Positions 22,194 to 35,142 of a DNA stretch of 64,000 nt are shown piece by piece (positions within the stretch are counted from its first letter, which is position 1; each line of letters begins with the position of its first letter). This DNA is from Octopus vulgaris. Its lineage: Eukaryota. The DNA lies in contig OX597828.1 in NCBI GenBank assembly GCA_951406725.2, positions 58,466,001-58,530,000 on the forward strand, written 5' to 3'. A program made the position numbers and the translations under genes. A model generated the notes under the pieces. The model had not been told where the DNA came from and did no database searches. It worked only from the letters and a program-made list of their open reading frames with translations.

Positions 22194-24629
22194 AAAAAAA
22201 AACAAAAAAACCAGCTGTTGCAGAATTAAGTGACCTGATCACAGACAATAGTGCTGAAGACAGGATACAAATCACTGACTAACCCTTCCGTTAGATGTCT
22301 GCTACTTGATTCCCACCTACCACATAAATGAAGGCTATTGCTTTAGCCTGCATTTATATTTCTCACAAAGCACTCTTTCATCACAAGCTAATTTACTATT
22401 AATATGATAGTTTCACATTTTGGCGTAAGTTCGGCAATTTCAGGCTAGTGGGGAGTCAGTTACATCGACCCCAGTGATCAAACGGTAATTATTTTATCGA
22501 TATCGAAAGGATGAAAGACAAGGGTTGACCTCGGTGTGAACTTAGAACGTAAAGACGGATGAAATGCCGCTAAGCATGCTAACAATTCTGCCAGCTCGCC
22601 ACGCTGTTTACTACTAATATTACCACCCTACAAGGTATGCGCTGCAGGGGTCTCTACGCCAAGGGTGAAGAACCTTGTTAATACCCTGGGTAAATTATAA
22701 GGGCTAAGGGTGCTTCTGTAATGAAAAACCTGACTCATTTTACAAACAACGCGGCGAATAGGCAGATTTATTTTAGAGTCGATATATATATTGCCTTGCG
22801 GTATCAACTGTGGCTACCTACGCTGAATTTCAAATCTTACTGAGTCTCGTCGTTTTGGTGTCGATAAATATAAATAAAAGACTACTAGTGTCTATCTCCC
22901 TACTTCTTTCTCCCTGCATCTCTCTCTCATTCGTCAATATTGCGCTGCTCTGTGAGAAGTGAATTGTGAGGCCCATTCACATGTTTTCTCCCGAAAAGGC
23001 AAAAGGATAGAACGAGGTGCGAACAACCTCTTCGCAGAAAGAAAAACAAGAAGCTTGATCTACTGTCCCGGGACGGAGGCCGTTGGGCAAACTCAGTTCA
23101 CAACTTATATCAAATTATTGTTTTGCTCCTAAGTCTGAGACCATTTATTTTCATCCTTTGTAAGTAATTCGAGACATAGCCAGCGAGTGGTTTTAGAATT
23201 AAATGGAGGCGAGAACGTTTCACCGTGCTAGAAACACCTGTGAAATACCCCTGACCACATCTTACCCTCTTCAAATACGAAGTACACATTAGAAAATAAT
23301 CTTCTACAAAAAGATGTCCACAGCTGTAACACACCTATGCACAGGTCTGCTCAATCACCCAAGCACACCCACGCACACATACCTCAAACATGGCATTGTA
23401 ACATTTCTATACCAATTAAATGTCATTTCGCGTCAGGCATTTTAGATAGAATTACTTAATGACGTTTTAATGATTCAGGAAATTAATCTACATCACAGCG
23501 TTTATCGAACGATATTTTAAGAAGACTGAAGCTAGGATTTCGATCCTAGAGTTTCTCAATTATTAAAGTGGATCCACCGTTGGCCGTCGAAATTGTGAAA
23601 AAAAGAAAAATAAAAAAAAATTTTTTAATCCAAATAAATGTTAAATATTAATTATATTTGCCAGGGGGCTGCGGTAAAGTTCATCGGAATGTGTCGAACA
23701 CACTTCTAGTCTGTCTACAGTGTTGCATGTACGGAAAGTGTTTAATCCAAGGTAATTAGTGAGGGCGAAGCGTCAGCGCCAATCCGAATATCGCAGCATG
23801 TTAATTGTTTTTTCCTTTCCTAATACAGTTTCTATCTGAATACAGCTCAACGTAGATTTTAAATTACTCTGTTATAAATCTAGAATATTTCTTAGGCACA
23901 AACTTTTTCTTACGAGTGAAGGCTATAGATTAGCAATGGTGAGGAGATCGTAGGATGTCGATTAAAGGTTATGAAAGGCAAGATAGCCTAGTTATTCAAA
24001 CATTGGACTACCGTTTTAGGCTCACAAGCAAACCCGTGGAAGGGTGGTAACAAACCCAAGCCGAGATTGACAAGATCCCCCAAGTAAACACGTAACCTCT
24101 TTTTTAACAGCACATTAACTATTTTCGAAATCAATGTCAAACATAAATGATTTATGTTTGGCTTACAGGTAAAATAAACCTATACATGTAGTGTATGTAA
24201 TATACTTATAAATAACAGAAGAACAAAAATATTATTTATAAAAAAACGTTTTTTTACTGAAGAGTTCTCTCTTTATCTTTAAGAAGGAATATAGGCCCTC
24301 ATAAATAAATAAAAATATCATAGACTGTTGGTCAACTGGCCTTGTTTAGCCCCTCTTCTGGTCACACTTTACTTTTCACAGCTGGCGAGGCCTGATGTCA
24401 GTTTCCTACCTGACTGGTTCACACTCAGACCACCAAAGGTCAACGAGGAATCTCTACGTAAGTCAGTCGTTCAACCCTTTAGAAAAAGTAGCGAAATTTC
24501 CTGCAAATGGCATCTTGCCGGCTTAAAAAGTCTAGATCTACTCAAGCAAGGTCAAACAGCAATAACAATTCGGATCAGAGTCCATAGGTTCTCTCTCCTC
24601 CATTCACTCACTCATAGCACACACACACA

Positions 24630-24694
<65 letters not shown>

Positions 24695-26189
24695 CTCTTG
24701 GTCCTGGGTCTGTGCTTTGGTTGGTTCTAATTACAATTCTAGTTCTGCAACAGATTCTGAGATTCCTTGCAGCTATGTAAAGTATATAAAGTCATGTTTA
24801 AAAAATATATTATACAATTAAAGTAGATAACTTCCAAAGAAATGACAAAAATGTAACTGTATGCAGAATTAATCTTTAAAAATAAGTAAATAAAAATCAG
24901 AGGAATCCAAAGTTTGTAGGAATCGGTCGAAAAAAGTGAATAAAATTAAATTCACTTTTTGTTTTATTTTAATTTTAAAAGACCAAAAATCGGTGACACG
25001 AAAGATGCGCTTGAAAAGCTGAAAGTGCGACGGGAGTTGAAATCTAATTTAGAATTTCTTTATTTAATGTCGGTTGTTATCAGATAAGAAATAGTTTTGC
25101 GCATTCTCGATTTATAATGGAGAAACTAAAAGTCTTCATAAAACTGTATTCTCTTCATATGCAATGGAATATTATATAATTGTACGAGATAATCGTTTTC
25201 ACTAATAAATATATAAACAATGAAAAATAAATCCGATTAACAAGCGATGTGTGTGTGAGGGAGAGGATGAAAAAAGCGTGTTGCATAATACTGAATAAAA
25301 TATAAATAACCAAATGGTATTTAAAAGAATCTTTTTATACATACGCACAATTATAAAATATAATCTACACTTCGGTTGCTATCTCAGAAGTATTCCTTTA
25401 AATCAATTTCGATTTCTTATTAAAATCAATTCATGTCATTTACATCTTTAATGGTCAAGGAATGCATGATTTTATAATCTTCTCCTTCCCAACTTATAGT
25501 TTTATAATCTCATCATTTTCCCTTTAAATTTGCGACTTAAATCATTATCTTAAACAAAACATTTGTTTATGTTACGAAGCAGAAATCCATTTCCTTATAT
25601 AGTAATCTTCACCGCGCACTGGCAAACACATGGCTTGACAAGTATCGGATGTTTAATAAGTAAACAACTTTTAATCTATGCGTACATTAACAAACATTAT
25701 TAAAATTATTCACAGAAATTAAGGTGATCAATCACCAGGTAAATGATCGGTCACCACCTATTTTTAATATTCGATTTACTTTTCAAAGTAACCTAGAGTT
25801 GAAATTACGGCAAACTTATTTATTTATTTATAAAACTTATCTACTTTTCAATATAAATTATGCAAAGTAGATAAAACGGATCATGACGCCAAAATAATTA
25901 CTCGATATTAATTAAAATCGAATCGTTCGTATCCAAGAGAGATGTTAGAAAGTTTTGTTCAACTTACGTAAAAATTAAACTGTCGGTGAATGACAAATAA
26001 ATATTGTTGTCTTGTCTTTAGATGTTGTAACAACTGTTTAGAAGCACTTTTTCTCTCTTCTGCCTCCCACTCTGTCTCACTTGGTTATCTTAGATGCACG
26101 ATTGCTACTTTTTTTTTTATTCATACATAAAAAACTTGTGCGTGCGCTGCTGTGAATGTGTGTGTGTGAAATGATCATTCGGTGGAAGG

Positions 26190-26535
26190 GTACTCTTTTA
26201 CTTGTTTCAGTCATTTGACTGCGGCCATGCTGGAGCACCGCCTTTTAGTCGAGCAAATCGACCCCAGGACTTATTCTTTGTAAGCCTAGTAACTTATTCG
26301 ATCGGTCTCTTTTGCCGAACCGCTAAGTTACGGAGGACGTAAACACACCAGCATCGGGCGTAACTTCGGTATAGGTACCGGAAGTACCGGATACATTTCC
26401 AGAAAGTGGGGTTTTTTTTTTATATATATGGGGAGTTAGGGTTAGGGGTGGGAGAAAAGGGTTTCTGTTATCTTCAGAAATGTAAACAAAGCCACTTACG
26501 GTACCTATACCGAAGGATTGCCCAGCATCGGTTGT
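26190..26535 (-). mobile_element. SINE family C 3' half, interrupted by a MITE
   Basis: Matches 21803-21975; split at ACACC-AGCATC by the 26356-26523 insertion. Confidence 0.8.
26356..26523. mobile_element. 168-bp MITE with GGG..CCC ends, 25-bp TIR, 6-bp TSD and TTAGGG motifs
   Basis: TIR GGGCGTAACTTCGGTATAGGTACCG / CGGTACCTATACCGAAGGATTGCCC; TSD AGCATC at 26350-26355 and 26524-26529. Confidence 0.8.
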
Positions 26536-26746
26536 AAAAAAAAAACCAGGGCCATCTAAAAAAAAACATTTTGATAATTGTTCAGTTTGGTTAGATTAAA
26601 AAAGTAAATAAAAATTAAGGGGGAGATAAGTCTGCTTCTTCCACAACATTGACTCTGGTCAACGAATAGATTTGCTCCTTTTACACCCTTGCAACCTTAC
26701 AACCTTTTACAACCTTACCACGTGTAGTAAGGCCACATGGTGAATA

Positions 26747-26920
26747 ACGGTATTTCGTCTGTCGTTACGTTGTGAGTTCAAATTCCGCCGAGGTCGACTT
26801 TGCCTTTTATCCTTGCGGGGTCGATAAATAAAGTACCAGTTACGCACTGGGGTCGATATAATCGACTTAATACCTATGTCTGTCATTGTTTAGCCCCTTG
26901 TGGGTAATAAAGAAATAGGT
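26747..26920 (+). mobile_element. SINE family B
   Basis: Matches 8687-8885. Confidence 0.75.
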
Positions 26921-27566
26921 ATACATATTCATAATTAGTCGACGCCGTGCCAACCACTGAAGAATGTTGTCTCAGCTTTTCCTAATTGAATAATAGTCTA
27001 CGATTCCTCTAAAATTGATTCGTCCCTTTGCCTCTACTTTATCTCACCCACCAACCCTTAATTTTTATTTACTTTTTTACTCTAACCAAAACTGAACAAT
27101 TACCTAAATATATGCCCGAAATGTGAGATAAAAAAGATACGTTCTGTGTGGTGGTGCGTCGAACAGATAGGCGAACAAATGTGTGAGGGACGTATAGAAT
27201 AAAAAAAGAGACACGATGGAAAGAGAATGGTGCTAGTAACAGAAACACAGATGTACAAAGTAGGAGGAAGAACGATGGGGGCTGCAGAAGAAAATAAAAC
27301 TTTACCGAAATGAAGAAGTAGCAACAAAATAGGTGAAACGACGAAAGAGAAGCTGAGAAAGCGGAGCAACAGAAAGATGTGCAAAGGAAGAGATAAAGAA
27401 TTAGGGAAAGAGAGGAGCAGCAAATAGAGACACAGATGTTGTATGAAGGGGGAATAGAAAAGTGCCTTTCTCCAGTTTTATAATTGACGATTTCTTGTAG
27501 ATTCTGTAGAAAATGTTAGCCACGTTTTCATTGGGTTTACTTGAAATGCTATAAGATAAGACGCAA

Positions 27567-27980
27567 GGGATCTTTTCGGTTTGAACGACAGTTTTTTTAA
27601 ATAATTTCCATGTAACTAAACACTTTTAAACTTCGTATATTGGTAGAATGTGTTTATAAACATCTTTTTCTCTTGGCTTTATTGAGAAAATTCTATAGTT
27701 TGTAAGATATTTGTTGTTCTTTTTCTTCAATTTCTGCAATTTCAACCAATCAATGACGTCTATTGAGGTGAAAACATTCTGTGTCGTGTGAATATGTCCA
27801 TCGTTTAAGAAATAGATTGGGTTTATTTACATTTCTGAAGAAAAAAAGATATCCTCCCCCCAACCCTAACCCTAACCCTAAAAGAGATTGAAATGCAATA
27901 GATCGATACTAGGGTCATAATTGTGGGGGACAATTTCATATGACACCGCTAGAAAAAACTGCTGTTCAAACCGAAAAGAT
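27567..27980. mobile_element. TIR element (MITE) containing (CCCTAA)3
   Basis: TIRs ATCTTTTCGGTTTGAACGACAGTTTTTT / AAAAAACTGCTGTTCAAACCGAAAAGAT; AACCCTAACCCTAACCCTAA at 27862-27881. Confidence 0.75.
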
Positions 27981-28479
27981 AAGAAGCAAGCTTAAATACC
28001 CTCATTTTTTTAAACCCGGGTGGAAAGAAGTTTTAGGAATTCTTGAAACATTAGAACTCCTTTTTGTCACAGATTTTTTTTACCCCCCCCCCCCAGACAA
28101 TACTTAAATATGGAGAGTAACGTTGTTGGATGGGTTGTGGCGTTGCTCTCCGGACGACCTTCTTATGAGTGCGACACTCTTAGGTTTGCTGTATAAGCCT
28201 GGATACGTTTGGGGGTCTCGGAGGGGAGCGACAAACTCAAAGGATGCCTCGGGCGGCACAAACTCTCTAACTACACTACTGGATACGGGCAGATTTCGCA
28301 GTCTGATCAGGTCCAATATTTTCCATAATTATACACACATAGCCTTTTGGTTATACCTGCTATATTTGTATGTATGTTTGCACGGAATTACTGGTACTTG
28401 GGATAGGGTCCTTAATGTTCATAACATCAACTTCATAAGAATAATCACATTTAGGATCGCAATAATAACTCTAGCACTA

Positions 28480-28738
28480 AGGCGGAACTTGAACTCAGAA
28501 CGTAATAGCAGACGAAATACCTATTTCTTTACTGCTCACAAGGGGCTACACACAGAGGGGACAAACAAGGACATGCAAACGGATTAAGTCGATTATATCG
28601 ACTCCAGTGCGTAACTGGTACTTAATTTAATCGACCCCGAAAGGTAAAGTCGACCTCGGCGGAACTTGAACTCAGAACGTAACGGCAGACGAAATACGGC
28701 TACGCATTTCGCCCGGCGTGCTAATGTTTCTGCCAGCT
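28480..28738 (-). mobile_element. SINE family B with a head-to-tail partial second unit
   Basis: Full unit followed by a restart at GGTATTTCGTCTGC. Confidence 0.75.
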
Positions 28739-28741
28739 TAG

Positions 28742-29370
28742 TGTTAGAGTTATCTCTCTGTTATATATACACGAGTACAGACGTAGTAGATAACAGCTAG
28801 CCTTCGGCAGCCCTTTTACACCCTGTTGTGTCTAGTACCCTGATTGGTTGGTATTGGCGCAATTTGCCTCTTACTCTGTTACGCGCCAATATACAACTCA
28901 ACCAATCGCAGCCTTCTGACAAGGTCTCATGAAACAGTCGCTTCTAAACCTCAGTTTGCGCTGACTGGTCCCTATAAAACTCTAGCGACACATCGAGTTG
29001 ACGTCTTTCGGTTCCAGACCTTTAAGGTCTAGCCACTGATCACAGAGCACACAGCCAGTTCCAACGACAGCACAACAGCAGCCACATGGATACGCAGCAA
29101 CACTCATCCAACAGCATACGGCAGTCATTTTCTTCGTCGCCTCCGTCATCTTAATGTCATCAATATCTCTCTACGTACACAGCAACCAGCAACACTCGCA
29201 CAGGTTCTAACTCTTCGCTGTTCGTGAATTACTTCACCATGGTTAATAGCAAACACAACCTGCAAGAACCTTCGGTACCAAGCAATCGGCTCTGCATAGT
29301 AGCCACAGCTTCTTACATGACATGTGCTTCAACCGACTCTGCATAGCAGCCTCAACTTCTTGTTACACTT
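28742..29370 (+). mobile_element. solo-LTR-like element (ends uncertain)
   Basis: Homologous to 33777-34240 and in part to the TG..CA, TSD-bounded 57377-57719; CCAAT boxes and TATAAAA at 28973. Confidence 0.6.
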
Positions 29371-30201
29371 CAACTATCGTGTACCTTGACTACGAACTGG
29401 TATTTATCATCATTGTGTCTGAACATTCTTCTAAAGTTATATTATAGACTCTTTCATTGCTCTGTACTTAATGCACATACATACACTTTGTATACCTGAC
29501 AGCCTGTCTATTATTATGTATATATAACACATACACACACATGTTAACATATAAATAAAATCTTCTCTTAACATTCTACCCGGTTGTATCTCTCTTTTCC
29601 TTCTGGCACTTGTACTCATTCATACTTTTCGTATTTATTGTAGTCGACCGTGTGGTGTACTAAAGGAGCCCATTTTCATCACCCCTCCTTCGCACGGTCG
29701 TTCTACATGTGCAAATACCAAAATAATTTATTTACAATAGTTATTTTTATTTCTTATATACCATTAAAAGTATACACCTTTACTGACTTAAGTGATATGA
29801 TAACTTGCTGTGTTAAGATGGTATATGTTCAGTTCCGAAAGTTTGTAATTACACACACACACACACACACACACACAAATAGGAGCAACAATTTTCAACC
29901 TCAACATTAATAATAAACCAAACATTTGAATAAAAATAATAATAATTTGAGTGATGTAGAAATAGCGTTAAACGTATGTTTTTGAATGAGTTTTTGTGTG
30001 TTTTTCTTCTTCTGGGCTATGGGGAAACCACAATCAAAAAGAAGGATAGCGAAAACCGAATGATGGATGCAAAGATACTCAAATAAGTGAATATTCCAGA
30101 TAGTGAGGTGGCAAAGAAACCGATGGAAACATACTATACATGCGTGTTGAAAATACAAATGGATCTTTATGCTGTGTATTTATTGATGCAAGCAGGTCTA
30201 A

Positions 30202-30355
30202 ATGATGTGTGTGCGAGATGCAAGTGAATCTGCATGATGTGTGTGCGAGATGCAAGTGAGTCTGCATGATGTAGTTCTGCACGAGGTGTGCCCAACACGC
30301 AAGTATGTTTTCATGATGTGTGCACGAGATGCAAGTGATATTTGTATGATGTGAG
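30202..30355. repeat. ~32-bp minisatellite, about 4 degenerate units
   Basis: ATGATGTGTGTGCGAGATGCAAGTGA(A/G)TCTGC repeated. Confidence 0.8.
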
Positions 30356-30566
30356 TACTTTGTAGAAATTCTTTAGAAAGTGAACGAGCATTAGTATTGA
30401 TGTTTTAGCAATCATAAAAATATGACTTTACGTTCCCGGCTATCACAAACTATCCAGAAAACTGAGCACGATATTAATGAGAAAAAGTTTATTATGGAAT
30501 TATACAAACAGGAGATTATTTATGGCCATTCAAATAAGGTAAGTGTCGGTGAAACTTGTTTGATTA

Positions 30567-31373
30567 TCTCTCTCTATATAAACGGCAGCTTGTCTGTCTG
30601 TGTGTCTGTCAGGTTGTACCCTCACCCTGACCACGGCTTTCAACCGATTCTGATGAAACTTGACACACACATAGCCCAATGTCATAATTCAAAACTAACG
30701 CAGTTCCGAAAAAAATCGATAAATTCGACATGGGGTCGAGAATCTAAGCTTTTTATATGCAACACATTTTCTGTTGTAGTTTTCGCAACTTGCAATCGAT
30801 TTTCACCAAACTCATGGTGAAGCTTAATGTTACCCTAAGAAACTTAATTCTGACGTTAGTTTTCCATGCAATACTTTACCATCAGAAAAAAATCAATAAA
30901 ATCATGCCATTTTGGGAAATCGCGTTCAAATTCAAGATAACATATTTTCGACAATATCTTTCACAAATCGGCAGGAATTTTTTTTTAAATTCACAGCGAG
31001 AATCATGTCTGCTCCAAGGAGCTATATGGCCCTTTTTATTCCAATAGGATACTTTATTACTGGAAAAAATCGGTTAATTAAATCATATGTGGCACACATA
31101 GCAAACCGGTTTGTGTATTAAACACAAACCACAAACTGTCTAGGGGACGCGACTCGACCTTTTTAACTCTCTTGGGAGGCGCAATGATGTTTTCATGTTT
31201 TCGCCCAAAGGGACAGCTAGGAACATTGTATACACAGAAGTATTCGAGTGAAGAGAAGACATTGCAACCTACACATGCGCCTTCGTTCCCTAGAGGGAAA
31301 GGACTAGATTGGGATTAGTCGTTGCCTACTAGGGGCTCTTACATACCCGGGCAACGCTGGGCTATGCTGCTAG
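30567..31373 (+). mobile_element. non-autonomous Helitron
   Basis: A|TC 5' end (TCTCTCTCTATATAAA), internal GTCT repeats, subterminal hairpin CCCGGGCAACGCTGGG, 3' CTAG|T, no TSD. Confidence 0.8.
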
Positions 31374-32089
31374 TTATCAATAAATAAGTGCATATACTAC
31401 ATTGTTTGAAACTTGAAAGTACAAAGCATTTGAAGAACTAAAAGGGAAACCAGACAAGTATTTTGTCTAAAAATGGGTCGGGGAACAAATCATGTCAATA
31501 ACAATAAACAAGCTGCTTCCGGTTAGATATAAACTAAGCTATTATCGTCACTATCGTCATCATCATCACCATCACCATACTATCATTATCATCATCATCA
31601 GCATTTATTCATTCAGTCTTATATTTTCATTATTTCACGTCTTCCTGTCCAAACCATGATCTACTCTACAACAAACAAACACCATTGACATTAGCACCAA
31701 ACAGTCAAGCAAAAACTGGCGCCCACTTCAATCATAAAAATATCGGAATTTTCCGGAACTTTGTATAACATTTAACATAATCTAACTCAAATTCGTTTAA
31801 TTATGCATAATTATCAATGTGGAAATATTGGATACGAACTGGAATGAAACAGGTTTTTTTCTGCTCAAATATTTTAACAATTTCTTAATGTCAAATTTAT
31901 ATCAGTTTCTCGATTTCAATCTTCGATTTATAAAACTTTTCTAAGAATTCGATATGGCATTTAAATACTTTAAGCAGTTGAGATACTCATGCACTAATCT
32001 TCCAAATATAAAATCATTTTCAATAGAATAGAATTTCACTCCAATCAAAAATAACCACACCCTACTAATATATGTATTTATATATATAA

Positions 32090-32340
32090 AATAAATGCGG
32101 CCTTTTAAAGCCTAGCCAGGCTCATGGGCCCGGTTTCCCGGTTTCAATGGCGTATGTGTTCCCCAGCTGGACGGGACGCCAGTCCATCGCAGCGTTACTC
32201 ATTTTTGCCAGCTGAGTGGACTGGAGCAACGTGAAATGAAGTGTTTTGCTCAAGAACACAACGCGTCGCCCGGTCCAGGAATCGAAACCACAATCTTACA
32301 ATCATGATGCTGACACCCTAACCACTAAGCCACGTGCCTC

Positions 32341-32341
<1 letters not shown>
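32090..32341 (-). mobile_element. tRNA-derived SINE family D, full length, next to (CA)n
   Basis: A/B boxes TGGCTTAGTGG / GTTTCGATTCC; body GTGTTCTTGAGCAAAACACTTCATTTCAC. Confidence 0.8.
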
Positions 32342-32470
<129 letters not shown>

Positions 32471-32625
32471 AATAAATATAAAAACAATTAAGATCCAAGT
32501 GAGTTCCAATGAATTCACATGAATGTGGTTCTTAACTTAGACGCACCAGAAATCTTTATGGTATTAACCATAAAATAATGTGGGGTGATTATAAATAAGA
32601 AAAAAGCAACAAGAATGGATTAGTT

Positions 32626-32712
32626 GTTCAGTACAATTGCTTCATACGAAGAGCTTTATTAAAAGCTGCAAATATTGCAGCAAATACAAGTGTCCCGTAC
32701 TCATCAGCCAAA
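32626..32712 (-). ncRNA. degenerate hammerhead ribozyme-like motif with extended loop II
   Basis: UUUGG-CUGAUGA-GUACG..CGUAU-GAAG-CAAUUG-UA-CUGAA; GAAA core altered to GAAG. Confidence 0.35.
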
Positions 32713-33197
32713 ACACATATGAGTTTTCCAAACATCCTAGGGGGTGAGGCTACACTCATGAAGTATCGAAGAGAGTTCTATGAAAATCGAAGTTAGATTG
32801 TAAGCAGACTTCAAATGTTCTCTAATGATGCACAGTTTTATTAAAGGTTTTTTAAAATGTTTGTTAGCTTCACAGAAAAGGTAAATCCATCCATAATAAT
32901 GCAGGTGTAATTTCCGGAGATATGAGGAGAGATTTTATACTCAGAGAAGATGAATGTATCCATAATAATGTAGATGTAATTTCCTGATATATGAGGAGAT
33001 GTTGATCACACTTCTATTCGTTTCACAAAACTACTATGTTGGAAGAAGTGATTGGCTATATTGGCTAAAAGATGTCGCAAAGGAAGTCAGTGAAGCAGAA
33101 ACCGCCCAAGTAAGGACATTATGGGACATTATGGGAGGAGGGGGTGTAAAAGGATGGAACAAATATAGTATTATTGGACGCTAAGGAAAGAAGGAGG

Positions 33198-33232
33198 GTT
33201 TAACGTTTCGAGTGGAGCTCCTCGTCGGAAAC
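33198..33232 (-). ncRNA. minimal hammerhead-like motif (U4C variant)
   Basis: GUUU-CCGACGA-G-GAG(cucca)CUC-GAAA-CG-UU-AAAC. Confidence 0.3.
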
Positions 33233-33776
33233 ATAGGAGAAGTAACATCAATGCGAAGCTAACATCTTTGGTTTTTCACTAATACACTGGATAAAACCGG
33301 GGAACTTGGATGCTGACATCCTTTAAAAAGATTTTGTATCTTTGATTTAATTAAATACATACACACACGCTCACTCTCTCTCCCTCCCTCCCCCCTCTCT
33401 CAGTAAAATATGAACTTTGTTTCTTTTTTTAGCTTATTACGAAGATAACTATTTTTAGAGCAAGAATAAAATGGAATATTTTGTTAGTCTTGCATCCCCA
33501 GAACATTAATGACGTAAAAGGTGCAAAGTAGCTACAACTGAGAAATATTTAAAAAATTGTAATTTCTGTTTGCAACTAGTTTGTAATTTGTTCTACGGAA
33601 CTCAAAAAAAAAAGATTGGGTTGAAAAATTTGGAAAGGATATCAATTATTTCGTGAAAGGGTTACAAAATTGAATATATTTCCACAACGGAGCATAATGT
33701 CAATTAAGCACTTCCTAAAGTAATAAGCATGCCTCTTCTTCCTTTCGAATCTAAATTAAAGCACTACTGAAGTTTC

Positions 33777-34240
33777 TGTAGCGTACCCTTAGTGAAATCC
33801 TCTCTCTCTCTGACATATATAACATAAATACGGACGAAGCAGATAACAGCTAGCCTTCGGCCGTTTGGGCCCTGTTGTGTCCACGACTCTGATTGGTTGT
33901 TTTTGGCGCAGTTTGTCTCTTGCTCTATTACGCGCCAAAGTGCAACTCAACCAATCGCAGCCTTCTGATAAGGTCCCGTGACACAGTCTTCTAAATTCTC
34001 TGCTGGAGCCTACTAATCTCTATAAAGCTAGTTACAACAAACCATATCTCGTCTTTGGCTCTAGACCTTCTAAGGTCTAGTCACTGACCACAGAGCACTC
34101 AGGCAATTCCAGCGACAGAGCCATGTTCCAGCGACAGACAATACTAGCAGTATTCCGGACCTTCACCACCGCCGCCTTCATCTTAACGTTGCCTTCAATC
34201 TTAATGATGCCTCCATCACTGTCGCCTTCGTCTTAACTTT
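33777..34240 (+). mobile_element. solo-LTR-like element, 3' end unclear
   Basis: Starts TGTAGCGTA, as does the minus strand of 57377-57719; shares the promoter module and TATAAA with the 28742 copy. Confidence 0.65.
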
Positions 34241-35142
34241 TACTAAAATAAAGTACCGGTCAAGTACTACATTCGATTTATATTACTATGAAGTAGGTGT
34301 CGTACAGCACTCGGGCTATATGCGACCTTTAATAACCCTTTGCATGGCGTACGTAATAACATTGTAACAGGGTTGTACATGTACGTGTGTAGTTTTTGTG
34401 TTTGTAGTCCCATCCTCACTGCTTGACAACCGGTGTTGGTTTGTTTACGCCATCATAATCCAATGGTTCGGTAAAGAAACCGATAGAATAAGTACCAGAC
34501 TTACAAAAAAAAAAAAAAGTACTTATGTCGATTTATTCGACAAAACCTTCCAAGGCGTCCCCAGCATGGATCCCAGCATCACTACGGCGGTCCATTGACT
34601 AACAAAATGAATTGACTATAACAAGTAAAAGATAAAGGATAACTTTTTGCTAAAATGTAACAAACTTTTGTGAAGTTGAACTTTGTCATTTGTCACTCTC
34701 TCTTCCTTTATACTTTTTCTTTTCGCTCATATGTTCATGATCTGTTTAATACAGCACCCCCTCCCCAGGTTCCACAGGTGACTGGGGAAAAAAAGGAAAA
34801 AAAAAAACAACTTTATTTTTAATATTTTATCACAATTATTTAATACAAAAGAATCTACCGGTAACTCTTTTATTAAGTACTGAGTACAAAAAAAAGTACA
34901 TTATCGATTAAGAAAAAAAAAATAGAAGTGAATAATTTTAATGAGAACCTTATGCCTGGCGATCACGGCACCACGCCCTACCAGAATTTTCCCATCCCCC
35001 ACCGGTGGGACGTATTGCCTCTCGCTGAGAATCACTAGTTTAGTGTAATGGTGCAGTTTGCATTCATTCGATGGTGGGGTTCAATTTATAATTAACAATA
35101 TTCCATAACACCAGTTGCTAGTAAATGGTTATTTACTATCAC

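Noticed and set aside
24328-24780. 150-aa ORF
   Set aside because: Non-ATG start, runs through (CA)n/(CT)n, no recognisable domain
27862-27881. Telomere or chromosome-fusion scar
   Set aside because: Only about 3 units, and they lie inside a TIR element
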